From positions 12,465-76,464 of the forward strand of contig VGSJ01000002.1 of assembly GCA_016875015.1 (NCBI GenBank): a stretch of 64,000 nucleotides of DNA, written 5' to 3'. The notes beneath the pieces are model-generated. The model saw only the letters and a program-made list of their open reading frames with translations, did no database searches and had not been told where the DNA came from. The position numbers were made by a program, and so were the translations under genes. This stretch comes from Deltaproteobacteria bacterium (lineage in GTDB: Bacteria > Desulfobacterota > Desulfobaccia > Desulfobaccales > 0-14-0-80-60-11). This document shows, piece by piece, positions 1 to 8,334 of the stretch (its first letter is position 1; each line of letters begins with the position of its first letter).

Positions 1-822
1 GGCCTGTTCAACGCCGAAGCGGAACTGGTGGGCATCACCACCTTCTACCTGAAGGACGGCCAGAGCCTGAACTTCGCCCTGCCGGTGGAGTGGATCGCCG
101 AGGTCGCCGGAAAAAAAATTCGGGAACGGCCCAGAGGTGAAGCGCCTGTCGCTCCTGAACCGGGCGCGAGATCGAAAGAGGGCTGGGAAGACCGCGGAAG
201 GGCGTTGGAAAAAGCGCAGGATTGGCCGGGTATGCTGGCCCATTTCCGCCGCTGGACCAAGGCGGAGCCGGGCAACGAATTAGCCTGGTTCTCTCTCGCC
301 TTAGCATATAGCGAAATGGGCCGTTACCGGGAGGCCATCGAGGCTTACCGGGAGGCCCTGCGACTTAAGCCTGATTTTGCCGATGCTTGGAATAACCTCG
401 GCGTTTCATATGAGAAAATGGGCCGTTACCGGGAGGCCTTCGAGGCTTTCCGGGAGGCGTTGCGCCTTAAGCCTGATTATGCCAGCGCCTGGAATAACCT
501 CGGCAATGCTTACGGAAACCTGGGCCGTCACCGGGAGGCCTTCGAGGCTTTCCGGGAGGCGTTGCGCCTTAAGCCTGATGATGCCAGCGCCTGGAATAAC
601 CTCGGCAATGCTTACGGAAACCTGGGCCGTTACCGGGAGGCAATCGAGGCTTACCGGGAGGCGTTGCGCCTTAAGCCTGATTATGCCAGCGCCTGGTGCA
701 ACCTCGCCATTGCCTATGCCCTATCAGGCAACCGCAGCGCCGCCCTGGAGGCGGTCAAGGAGTTGCGGCGCTATGACCCGCAGAAAGCGGACAAGCTTTT
801 CAACCTGATCATGAAGCTGTGA
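1..822 (+). CDS. TPR-repeat protein, 5'-truncated by window edge
   Basis: Frame is open from nt 1 (same frame as track ORF 28..822). N-terminal GITTFYLKDGQSLNFALPVEW resembles the end of a trypsin-like protease domain. It is followed by about six 34-aa TPR units (A[YF]REALRLKPD.A.AWNNLG). Confidence 0.75.
   Translation, partial: GLFNAEAELVGITTFYLKDGQSLNFALPVEWIAEVAGKKIRERPRGEAPVAPEPGARSKEGWEDRGRALEKAQDWPGMLAHFRRWTKAEPGNELAWFSLALAYSEMGRYREAIEAYREALRLKPDFADAWNNLGVSYEKMGRYREAFEAFREALRLKPDYASAWNNLGNAYGNLGRHREAFEAFREALRLKPDDASAWNNLGNAYGNLGRYREAIEAYREALRLKPDYASAWCNLAIAYALSGNRSAALEAVKELRRYDPQKADKLFNLIMKL
318..725. repeat. Four tandem 102-bp near-identical units (one TPR each) inside the TPR gene
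   Basis: The GGGCCGT(T/C)ACCGGGAGGC... unit restarts at 318, 420, 522 and 624. Units 2 and 3 differ at only a few positions. Confidence 0.85.
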
Positions 823-916
823 GGTAAGCGGCAAAACCCTGGGGGGTTGACTCCTGGCACCGTGGGGGGGAGATCACCAGCGCGGGCCATGGCCCTCTTC
901 CCTGGAAAAATCCATC

Positions 917-990
917 AGTAGCACAGGCTTCCAGCCTGTGAAGATGGCGGGCAGTGCCCGCCCTGATACGGCGGGCGGGACGCCCGCCCC
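917..990. repeat. Cluster of GC-rich hairpin (REP-like) repeats
   Basis: GCACAGGCTTCCAGCCTGTG, GGCGGGCAGTGCCCGCCC and GGCGGGCGGGACGCCCGCCCC. The motif ATGGCGGGCAGTGCCCGCCCT recurs identically near 46976. Confidence 0.8.
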
Positions 991-1115
991 ACGAACTTTC
1001 ATGATTCACGGGTGAAACTGCCCAGGATTCGCCTTGACTCCAGTCCAGGCACCGGGCCGGGAGACCCGAGCTTTCCCGGCCCGACAACATATTCCACGAA
1101 GGAGAACACCGATCA

Positions 1116-1340
1116 ATGCCCATTTTTGAATTTCGCTGCCATAGCTGTAACCAGGAGTTCGAGAAGCTGGTCTTCTGGACCGACCCGGAGGTGGAGTGCC
1201 CCCACTGCGGCCAGGCCAAGGTGGAAAAGCTGATGAGCGCCTGCGCCGCCAAGGTGGGGCAGAAGTATACCGCCGCCTCCAGCGGCAGCAAGAGTTCCTG
1301 CACCGGCTGCGCCGCAACTTCCTGCAGCACCTGCGGGTAA
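1116..1340 (+). CDS. FmdB-family zinc-ribbon putative regulatory protein
   Basis: MPIFEFRCHSCNQEFE...ECPHCG: the typical N-terminal CxxC...CxxC zinc ribbon of the FmdB family. Cys-rich tail. Confidence 0.8.
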   Translation: MPIFEFRCHSCNQEFEKLVFWTDPEVECPHCGQAKVEKLMSACAAKVGQKYTAASSGSKSSCTGCAATSCSTCG

Positions 1341-1441
1341 TACCATTTTCCTGTAGGGGCGCACCCATGTGTGCGCCCTCGGGGTGGGCGGACACGCAGG
1401 TCCACCCCTACGATTTGACGTTTTTCAAAGGAAAAAGCTAT
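1340..1441. repeat. 102-nt inverted-repeat-bounded element, diverged copy
   Basis: Starts at the last A of the TAA stop (TAATACCATTTTCC) and ends GGAAAAAGCTAT just before the hemC GTG. Contains two GC hairpins (GTAGGGGCGCAC...GTGCGCCCT and GGGGTGGGCGGAC...GTCCACCCC). Same 102-nt length as the copies at 27813 and 30397. Confidence 0.6.
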
Positions 1442-1443
1442 AA

Positions 1444-2388
1444 GTGATCTTGTCCAGAGATATTAAAATCGGCACCCGGGGCAGCGCCCTGGCCCTGGCC
1501 CAGGCCCGCTGGGTGGCGGCGCAGATTTCCGGGCGCTATCCCGCCTGCCGGGTGGAACTGGTCATCATCAAGACCACCGGGGATAAGATTCAAGGCGTCC
1601 CCCTGGCCCAGATCGGGGGCAAGGGCCTGTTCATTAAGGAGATCGAAGAGGCGCTGTTTCAGGGGCAGGTGGACCTGGCGGTGCACAGCCTCAAGGATAT
1701 GCCGGCGGAGGCGCCGGAGGGCCTGATGTTAGGGGCGGTGCCGCCCCGGGAAGATTGCCGGGATGCCTTCATCTCTTCCCGCTACGCGGCCCTGGCCGAG
1801 CTTCCCCCGGGCGGGCGGGTCGGCACCGGCAGTCTCCGGCGCCGGGTGCAACTGCTGCACTTGCGGCCCGACCTGGAAGTGGCGCCCTTGAGAGGCAATG
1901 TGGACACCCGCCTGAAAAAGATGAAAACCCTGGGGCTGGATGCCATGATCCTGGCCGCGGCGGGGCTCAACCGGCTGGGGTTGGCCCATATTTACCGGGG
2001 CTGCGTGCCTGAATCCGACATGCTGCCGGCCGTGGGCCAGGGAGCCCTGGGGCTGGAGGTGCGCGTTGCTGACTATGATCTCCGGGAACTCGTGGCGTTT
2101 CTGGATGACCCGCCCACCCGTCTGGCAGTGACGGCCGAGCGGGCCTTCCTGGCCCGGCTGGAGGGCGGGTGCGTGGTGCCGGTGGCGGCCCTGGGCCGGG
2201 TGGAGGGGGATTCTCTCGTTCTTTCGGCCATGATCAGCGACCTGGAAGGCCGGCGCCTTCTAAGGGATCAAAGGTCCGCGCCCGTGGCTGAGGCGGCCGG
2301 GTTGGGCGCCCAAATGGCCGAAACCTTGCTGGCGGCCGGCGGCCGGGAAATCCTCGCGGCCCTGTATGGCCGGCCAATAAAACTTTAA
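1444..2388 (+). CDS. hemC: Hydroxymethylbilane synthase (porphobilinogen deaminase)
   Basis: IKIGTRGSALALAQA..., LKDMP and GNVDTRL motifs over the full length. GTG start. Confidence 0.95.
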   Translation: MILSRDIKIGTRGSALALAQARWVAAQISGRYPACRVELVIIKTTGDKIQGVPLAQIGGKGLFIKEIEEALFQGQVDLAVHSLKDMPAEAPEGLMLGAVPPREDCRDAFISSRYAALAELPPGGRVGTGSLRRRVQLLHLRPDLEVAPLRGNVDTRLKKMKTLGLDAMILAAAGLNRLGLAHIYRGCVPESDMLPAVGQGALGLEVRVADYDLRELVAFLDDPPTRLAVTAERAFLARLEGGCVVPVAALGRVEGDSLVLSAMISDLEGRRLLRDQRSAPVAEAAGLGAQMAETLLAAGGREILAALYGRPIKL

Positions 2389-2395
2389 AAGCCTC

Positions 2396-2424
2396 TTGAC
2401 TTTTTTACAATTATGATATAGATT
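2396..2424 (+). promoter_or_regulatory. Candidate sigma70-type promoter
   Basis: TTGACT, 17 nt, TAGATT, about 45 nt upstream of the 2470 ATG. Confidence 0.4.
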
Positions 2425-2469
2425 AATCCCACTGAAAAAGTTTTTCAATGGAATTGGGGGAGTCCAGCA

Positions 2470-3063
2470 ATGCGGGCGAAGTGGGGGATAGCCTGGCTGG
2501 CAACAGTTTTCTCGCTGTTATTTCTCACCTGCCCGCCGGGGCTGGCAGCCGGAGACTACGCCTTCAGATCGCTTCCCATTCTCTCCATTGACACCCAGAG
2601 TTCCCTGGAAAGCCAGATGCTGGGCGAAAAACCCCTGCCTCCGGCTGGCCCTAGTTTCCCCGGTATCCAGCCCGTTCCGTCGCTCCAACTCCATAATGAG
2701 GGTGGAGACGCCAGAGTCAATCTGCCTCTCAATACGGAGTTCAATATCTCCATCCGGTATAACCGGGAACCAACCCCCGGCGACCCGCAGCCCCTCAGCA
2801 AATCACCGCTCTACATGAAATATGCCGTGGATTACCGCCTGGTGCCCAACCTGCGGGTGGGGCTCAACAGTTATCTGTACCGCCCTTCCGAAGAGGGCTT
2901 TCCGTTCCAGCGCTCCCTGGCTAATCCGCTCGTGGGCTTTGGCCCGGAACTCAAATACGACCTGGGGCGGTGGAATTTCCTCTTAAAGAGCCAGTTGGAG
3001 TCCGGTAATCGGGATCAGGGCAAAGACCTGCAAAACTGGTTCCGGGTCTGGTATGCCTTCTAG
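2470..3063 (+). CDS. Secreted protein, probable small outer-membrane beta-barrel
   Basis: Signal peptide MRAKWGIAWLATVFSLLFLTCPPGLAAG. Alternating beta-like pattern with a C-terminal aromatic end (...WFRVWYAF). GGGGGAG SD upstream. Confidence 0.6.
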   Translation: MRAKWGIAWLATVFSLLFLTCPPGLAAGDYAFRSLPILSIDTQSSLESQMLGEKPLPPAGPSFPGIQPVPSLQLHNEGGDARVNLPLNTEFNISIRYNREPTPGDPQPLSKSPLYMKYAVDYRLVPNLRVGLNSYLYRPSEEGFPFQRSLANPLVGFGPELKYDLGRWNFLLKSQLESGNRDQGKDLQNWFRVWYAF

Positions 3064-3163
3064 TGGATCGTGCCGCCATCAGCTTCCCTCATAAAACGGA
3101 TTTCCCCAAACTAAAATGAAGCTAATTGATACGAAGTTGCAGTCAAAAAACTATAAATATTTA

Positions 3164-3244
3164 TGTCATTCTGAACGGAGCGCCGCGGAGTGAAGAATCT
3201 CGGCGGTTTTAAAAGAGAGATTCTTCGCTGCGCTCAGAATGACA
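3164..3244. repeat. Palindromic element TGTCATTCTGARCG...GAAGAATCTC / inverted arm
   Basis: Arms TGTCATTCTGAACGGAGCG..GTGAAGAATCTC and GAGATTCTTCGCTGCGCTCAGAATGACA. A second copy lies at 25447-25518. Confidence 0.85.
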
Positions 3245-3317
3245 AAAATAGTCTTTTGATTGCTCATTGGTATGAGAACCAGACAAATAAATTCCGCCTG
3301 CCTGTACGCCTGCACCG

Positions 3318-4016
3318 GTGCGTTTTTCGGCTCCCCTGATTCCCGCCCGATTCCTGGAGCGTCGGCAACGTTTCCTGGCCCGGGTGGAATTGCCGGACCA
3401 ACGCCGCGTCTGGGTCCATGTGCCTAATTCCGGCGCTCTGACCGGCTGTCTCGATCCTGGTCAAGAGATCCTCCTGACTCACGACGCTCGCTCGGGGCGC
3501 AAGACCGCCTATACCTGGCGGTTTGTCCGGGGTCCGGCGGGGTGGATTTGCATCGACACCCTGGTCCCCAACCGCGTGGTGGCTGAGGCCCTGGCCGCCG
3601 GCAGCCTCCCGGGCTTGCCGCTTCCCTCCCGGGTCCGGGCCGAAGTTCCCATACCCCAGGGCAGCCGTCTGGATTTTGTCCTGGAGGTGGAAGGCAAACT
3701 CCTGTTCCTGGAGGTCAAGAGCGTCACCTGGGTGGAAGACGGGGTGGCTCTTTTTCCTGACGGGGTGACGAGCCGGGGACGCCGCCACCTGGAGCACTTG
3801 AGGGAATTGGCGGGGCAGGGGCACCAGGCCTGGAACGTTTTCGTGGTGCAGCGCCACGACGCCCGGGTGTTGCGGCCCGCCGCCGCCATAGATCCGGCCT
3901 ATGCCCGGGAACTGGCCGCCGCGGCCGCTCAAGGCGTCAATATCATGGTGCTGCAGGAAAAAATCGAGCCCCCGGAAATTACCCTTGCGGCCCTCCTCCC
4001 CTTTGATTTAACATAA
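3318..4016 (+). CDS. sfsA: Sugar fermentation stimulation protein SfsA
   Basis: MRFSAPLIPARFLERRQRFLARV...VHVPNSG...FLEVKSVT: typical SfsA pattern. GTG start. Confidence 0.9.
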   Translation: MRFSAPLIPARFLERRQRFLARVELPDQRRVWVHVPNSGALTGCLDPGQEILLTHDARSGRKTAYTWRFVRGPAGWICIDTLVPNRVVAEALAAGSLPGLPLPSRVRAEVPIPQGSRLDFVLEVEGKLLFLEVKSVTWVEDGVALFPDGVTSRGRRHLEHLRELAGQGHQAWNVFVVQRHDARVLRPAAAIDPAYARELAAAAAQGVNIMVLQEKIEPPEITLAALLPFDLT

Positions 4017-4071
4017 TCCGGGATAATCAAAATTTAACGGAATCCTCATGAGGCGGTAATCGAGTTGATCT

Positions 4072-5034
4072 ATGAATGCGGCGCTCAATAACAATATTCG
4101 TATTTTCACGGGCAATTCCGTCCCCGAACTGGCTCACAAAATCTGCGACCACCTCTCCCTGCCCCTGGGGCAGGCTATGGTCAGCACTTTCAGTGACGGG
4201 GAGATCCGGGTGGAAATCGCTGATAATGTTCGGGGCCGGGACGTTTTTCTGATCCAGTCCACCTGTCCTCCCACCAACCACAACCTGATGGAACTCCTGC
4301 TCATGATCGACGCAGTGAAACGGGCCTCGGCCCGGCGGATCACCGCGGTCATCCCCTATTTCGGCTATGCCCGCCAGGACCGCAAGGTGGCGCCCCGGGT
4401 GCCCATCACCGCCAAGCTGGTGGCCGACCTTTTGTCCACCGCCGGGGCCCAACGCATTCTCACCATGGACCTGCACGTGGGGCAGATTCAGGGCTTTTTC
4501 GATATTCCCGTGGACAATCTCTATGCTTCCCCCATCATGATTCCCTATATCCGGGAAAATTTTCAGAACGACCTGGCCATCGTGTCGCCGGATGCCGGGG
4601 GGGTTCCCCGGGCTCGGGCTTACGCCAAGCGCCTGGCAGCCACCCTGGGGTTGATCGACAAGCGCCGGGATGCCCCGGGTCAGGCCAAGGCCATGAATCT
4701 CATCGGCGAGGTCCTGGGCAAGGAAGTGGTCATTCTGGATGACATCATCGACACCGGCGGCACCTTGAGCGAAGCGGCCGGGGTCATCATCCAGCAGGGC
4801 GCCCGCAACGTCAACGCCTGCTGCACCCACGCCGTGCTCTCCGGGCCGGCGGTGGAGCGCGTCGCAAACTCCCCCCTGCACCGCCTGGTGGTCACCGACA
4901 CCATACCCTTGAGCGAGGCGGCCCAAAAGTGCCCCAAAATCGTGCAACTGCCGGTGGCCCCCCTCCTGGCCCAGGCCATTTTGCACATCCACCAGGAAGA
5001 CTCCATCAGTTCCCTGTTTGAGATTCAGTTTTAG
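4072..5034 (+). CDS. prs: Ribose-phosphate pyrophosphokinase
   Basis: Full-length PRPP synthetase: FSDGEI.V, YFGYARQDRK, and the DDIIDTGGT PRPP-binding loop. Confidence 0.95.
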   Translation: MNAALNNNIRIFTGNSVPELAHKICDHLSLPLGQAMVSTFSDGEIRVEIADNVRGRDVFLIQSTCPPTNHNLMELLLMIDAVKRASARRITAVIPYFGYARQDRKVAPRVPITAKLVADLLSTAGAQRILTMDLHVGQIQGFFDIPVDNLYASPIMIPYIRENFQNDLAIVSPDAGGVPRARAYAKRLAATLGLIDKRRDAPGQAKAMNLIGEVLGKEVVILDDIIDTGGTLSEAAGVIIQQGARNVNACCTHAVLSGPAVERVANSPLHRLVVTDTIPLSEAAQKCPKIVQLPVAPLLAQAILHIHQEDSISSLFEIQF

Positions 5035-5045
5035 GGGAGGATAGT

Positions 5046-5175
5046 GTGGTGGCACAGGCGTCTCGCCTGTGCCAAAGTAGCAGGTTAGCCTGGCACAGCC
5101 TGGAAAGGCTGTGCCACCGGCCAATATCACCTTTTCATGCTTTACGGCTGGACCTAAGGCCCATGAGGAACTGGC
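5046..5175. repeat. Composite GC-hairpin element (GTGGCACAGGC...GCCTGTGCC type), inverted copy
   Basis: The reverse complement aligns by eye with 8099-8226 (CAGT.C.TCAT.GGCCTT.GG.CCA.CCGTAAA.C.TGAAAAGGTG.TAT.GGC.GGTGGCACAGCCTTTCCAGGCTGTGCC.GGCTAACCTGCT...). Confidence 0.8.
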
Positions 5176-5332
5176 TTGAAAATTGTTTAATAATCAGTTG
5201 CCCCGCTCTTCCAAATCCGCCTGACTTATACCGCTTTCCGTTTCAAATGCAACAAACTTAATCTGTAACTTATTGACAATTCATATTGATTTTAACCGAA
5301 AACCGAAAACTGGATTAACCCTTGGGTGCAGC

Positions 5333-5986
5333 TCAGGCTGGGACAATCTTGCCGTCCTGCATGAAAATAAGTTCATCGCCCAATCGCTGCGCCTGGGCCG
5401 GATCGTGGGTGATCATGAGGATGGTGGCTTGCCGCTCCTGCTTCATTTTTAAGATGATGGCCTCGATCATTGCCGTATTGGCCGGGTCAATGTTGACGGT
5501 AGGTTCATCGAGCAGGAAGACTTCCGGGCTAATCACCATGCCCCGGGCAATCCCCAGGCGCTTGGTTTCGCCGCTGGAAAGCTCCAAGGCCCGGTGCCAC
5601 TTCTTGTGGCCCAGGCCCACCGCCAGCAAGGCGTCATTGACCCGGGCCTCGATCGTGGCGCGGTCAACCCCCCTGACCTTCAGCCCATAAGCCACATTTT
5701 TAAAAACCGTAGTGTTGAAAATCCCGGTGCGAGGGAGCACCAGGGTAAGACGGCGCCGCAGGGCCAGGTTATCTTCCAGAACCACGCTCTGGTCCAGGTA
5801 GTTGACGGTGCCGCGGTCGCCTCGCTCCAAGAGGGCCAGGATGCGAAACAGGGTGGATTTACCGCTGCCGTTGGGACCTTGAAGCACATAAGTCCGCCCG
5901 CCGCCAAAGGCAAAAGAACAATCGCGGAGAATGCGATTGCCGTTATAGTTCTTGGAAACGCGGGCGATTTGCAGTTCTAAGCCCAT
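5333..5986 (-). CDS. tupC: ABC transporter ATP-binding protein, tungstate-type
   Basis: Walker A GPNGSGKST, signature LSSGETKRL, Walker B FLLDEPT. Overlaps the upstream permease gene by 10 nt. Confidence 0.75.
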   Translation of the reverse strand: MGLELQIARVSKNYNGNRILRDCSFAFGGGRTYVLQGPNGSGKSTLFRILALLERGDRGTVNYLDQSVVLEDNLALRRRLTLVLPRTGIFNTTVFKNVAYGLKVRGVDRATIEARVNDALLAVGLGHKKWHRALELSSGETKRLGIARGMVISPEVFLLDEPTVNIDPANTAMIEAIILKMKQERQATILMITHDPAQAQRLGDELIFMQDGKIVPA

Positions 5987-6696
5987 AAACTTCCCTTGGA
6001 CCCGGCCTGCCCCCGCCTTTGAAAAAACCGCAAAGCCACGGTGATGGAAAAGGAGATGGTCAAGAGAATTATTCCCAGGGCAATGGCCAATTCAAAATTG
6101 CCTTTGTCGGTTTCCAGGGCGATGGTGGTGGTCATCACCCGGGTATATCCGGCGATGTTGCCGCCGACAATGATAATGGCACCCACTTCGGCCATGACCC
6201 GGCCCAGGCCGGCCATGACTCCCGCCATGATGGCGTATCTGGCTTCCTTAACGACGGTGAGGCTCTCCTGGAAAGGGGTGGCCCCCAGAGTGAGGGCCGC
6301 CTGCCGGATCACCGGGTCCACCCTGGCGATGGCGGCATGGGACAGGGAGGCCACGATGGGGAACGCCAGAATAAACTGGGCAATGACCATGGCCGCGGGG
6401 GTATAGAGCAGGCCGATGAACCCCAAGGGGCCGCTGCGGGAGAGGAAAAGATAAAGGAATAATCCCGCGGCCACCGGCGGTAAACCCATGCCGGTATTGA
6501 GCAGGCTGATCACCACCCCCTTGAGGGGCACCCGACGCAAAGCCAGAAACGCCCCCACGGGCAGGCCCAGGGCGGTGGCCAGCACCAGGGCCGTACCCGA
6601 AACCTGTAGGGATAAAAGGATAATACGCCCCAGTTCCGGATTCAGGCTGACGATCAGCCGGAAGGCCGCCGCGAATCCTTCGATGATGGAATGCAT
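5977..6696 (-). CDS. tupB: ABC transporter permease, tungstate-type
   Basis: Polytopic membrane protein with a BPD-transporter-like core, located between tupA and tupC. Confidence 0.75.
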   Translation of the reverse strand: MHSIIEGFAAAFRLIVSLNPELGRIILLSLQVSGTALVLATALGLPVGAFLALRRVPLKGVVISLLNTGMGLPPVAAGLFLYLFLSRSGPLGFIGLLYTPAAMVIAQFILAFPIVASLSHAAIARVDPVIRQAALTLGATPFQESLTVVKEARYAIMAGVMAGLGRVMAEVGAIIIVGGNIAGYTRVMTTTIALETDKGNFELAIALGIILLTISFSITVALRFFQRRGQAGSKGSLWA

Positions 6697-6758
6697 AGGA
6701 CAATAGCCGGGGCAGACCCAAGGCTGCTGAAGCCCCGGCCTACCCAGATCCGCCTCAG

Positions 6759-7568
6759 TTATTTGGCATTAGGAATGAAAAGTTGATTCCCGTGTTTGTC
6801 TTTGAAGTCGCCGATGGCCTTTTGGCCTTCAGGAGAGATGAGCCAGTCAACGAAGGCCATGGACTCCTTATATTTCACCTGGTTATGTTTTTCGGGATTC
6901 ACCGCCATCACCCCGTATTGATTGAACAGGACGGGGTCGCCTTCCAGCGCCACCAACATTTCCAGCTTGTCCTTGGTGGCCAGCCAGGTGCCCCGGTCGG
7001 TGAGCGTATAGGCCCGCTTCTCATCGGCGATGCGCTGGGCCTTTTCCATGCCCTGGCCCACCTCCAAATACCATTTCTGGCCCTTGGGATCGAGGCCCGC
7101 GGTCTTCCAAATGGCCAGTTCCTTGGTATGGGTGCCGGACTTATCCCCCCGAGACACAAACTCAGTCCCCTGGGCCGCAATTTTCTTGAAGGCATCCAGC
7201 GCCGACTTCATGCCTTTGATCTTCAAGGGATCATTTGCCGGGCCGATGATGACGAAATCATTATACATGAGGTCATGGCGATTCACGAAGGCTCCCTCTG
7301 CCACCGCCTGTACCTCCAGGTCCCTGGCATGGACCATGACCACGTCCGCATCGCCGCGCCTGCCGATTTCAATGGACGCGCCAGTGCCCACCGCCACCAC
7401 GTCCACCTTGATTCCGGTCTTTTTCTCAAAGATGGGCAACAGGTAATCAAATAGCCCCGAATTTTGGGTGCTGGTGGTGGAGGCGCATTTGATCCTGGTT
7501 TCCGCCCACCCGCTTCCGGCTGCCAACACCGTAGCCAACCCGAGCAATACGCCGAGCCCTTTTAACAT
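6759..7568 (-). CDS. tupA: Tungstate ABC transporter substrate-binding protein
   Basis: Signal peptide followed by CASTTSTQNSGLFDYLLP (the TTS-T..SGL anion-binding motif of TupA) and GTGASIE.GRRGDADVV. Confidence 0.85.
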   Translation of the reverse strand: MLKGLGVLLGLATVLAAGSGWAETRIKCASTTSTQNSGLFDYLLPIFEKKTGIKVDVVAVGTGASIEIGRRGDADVVMVHARDLEVQAVAEGAFVNRHDLMYNDFVIIGPANDPLKIKGMKSALDAFKKIAAQGTEFVSRGDKSGTHTKELAIWKTAGLDPKGQKWYLEVGQGMEKAQRIADEKRAYTLTDRGTWLATKDKLEMLVALEGDPVLFNQYGVMAVNPEKHNQVKYKESMAFVDWLISPEGQKAIGDFKDKHGNQLFIPNAK

Positions 7569-7594
7569 CTCTGATCCTCCTCAATCTGCCAAAG

Positions 7595-7618
7595 TGCTAT
7601 TTCTTTGATAGGATAGCA
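7595..7618 (-). promoter_or_regulatory. Candidate operator: TGCTAT, 12 nt, ATAGCA inverted repeat upstream of tupA
   Basis: Perfect 6-bp arms, 27-50 nt upstream of the tupA ATG and directly downstream of the ModE-like gene. Confidence 0.35.
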
Positions 7619-7644
7619 ATCCGCAAAATAAAACCTGAGCTGAC

Positions 7645-8028
7645 TTAAACGTCTTGATCTTTGAGCCATTCCCGGAAGTTGCCGGCCAAACCCCAAAATT
7701 GGGCTATGGCGGCCTCCCCGGCGGGGGTGAGCCAGGCCTTACCGCCGTTACGGCCTCCAAAGGTCCGGGCTACCAGCTCTTCTCCGGCCAGGCGGTTCAT
7801 ATTGGCCACCAGGGTCCAGGCATGGCTGTAAGCCATCTCCATGGCGCGGGAGGCCGCGGCGATGGAGCCGGTTTCCCGGATGCGCTCTAAGAGCACCACC
7901 CGGCCCCAGCTCAAGAAAATTTCCCCCTGCTTCTCGATCCAGAGGCGACCCTTGATCTGCGTACCGTGGGATTCCGGGCTTGCCGCTAAAGCGGTTCCCC
8001 TTCCGTGGTTGGGCTTTTTACCCTTCAT
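7645..8028 (-). CDS. ModE N-terminal-domain-like winged-helix regulator (molybdate/tungstate responsive family)
   Basis: GRVVLLERIRETGSIAAASRAMEMAYSHAWTLVANMN...GGRNGGKAWLTPAG matches the ModE/LysR-type HTH domain. Start moved to MKGKKPNH (ATG 8028). Confidence 0.75.
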   Translation of the reverse strand: MKGKKPNHGRGTALAASPESHGTQIKGRLWIEKQGEIFLSWGRVVLLERIRETGSIAAASRAMEMAYSHAWTLVANMNRLAGEELVARTFGGRNGGKAWLTPAGEAAIAQFWGLAGNFREWLKDQDV

Positions 8029-8098
8029 AGCGATATTTTTACAGAAGAATAGCCAAGTGATTTTAAAAAAACAACCATTTTTTCTCTTCGCATCGGAA

Positions 8099-8318
8099 CA
8101 GTCACTCATAGGCCTTTGGCCCAACCGTAAAACCTGAAAAGGTGGTATAGGCTGGTGGCACAGCCTTTCCAGGCTGTGCCCGGCTAACCTGCTTCCTTGG
8201 CACAGGCTGGAAAGCCTGTGCTACCGATTTAAAGAACTTTTCAAGGCAGTCACTCATGAGCCTTTGGCTCACCAGTAAAGCATGAAAAGTTCAGTGGGGC
8301 GGGCCTCCGTGCCCGCCG
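8099..8318. repeat. Two tandem copies of the CAGTCACTCAT..GCCTTTGGC..GTAAA..TGAAAAG module, each followed by GC hairpins
   Basis: Copy 1 (8099-8226) uses GTGGCACAGCC/GGCTGTGCC hairpins. Copy 2 (8248-8318) uses GGGGCGGGCCTCCGTGCCCGCC, which is also found at 30433. Confidence 0.8.
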
Positions 8319-8334
8319 TGGCTATAAGCTCACT

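Noticed and set aside
4027-5130. 367-aa minus-strand ORF
   Set aside because: It is antisense to prs, which has unambiguous PRPP synthetase motifs.
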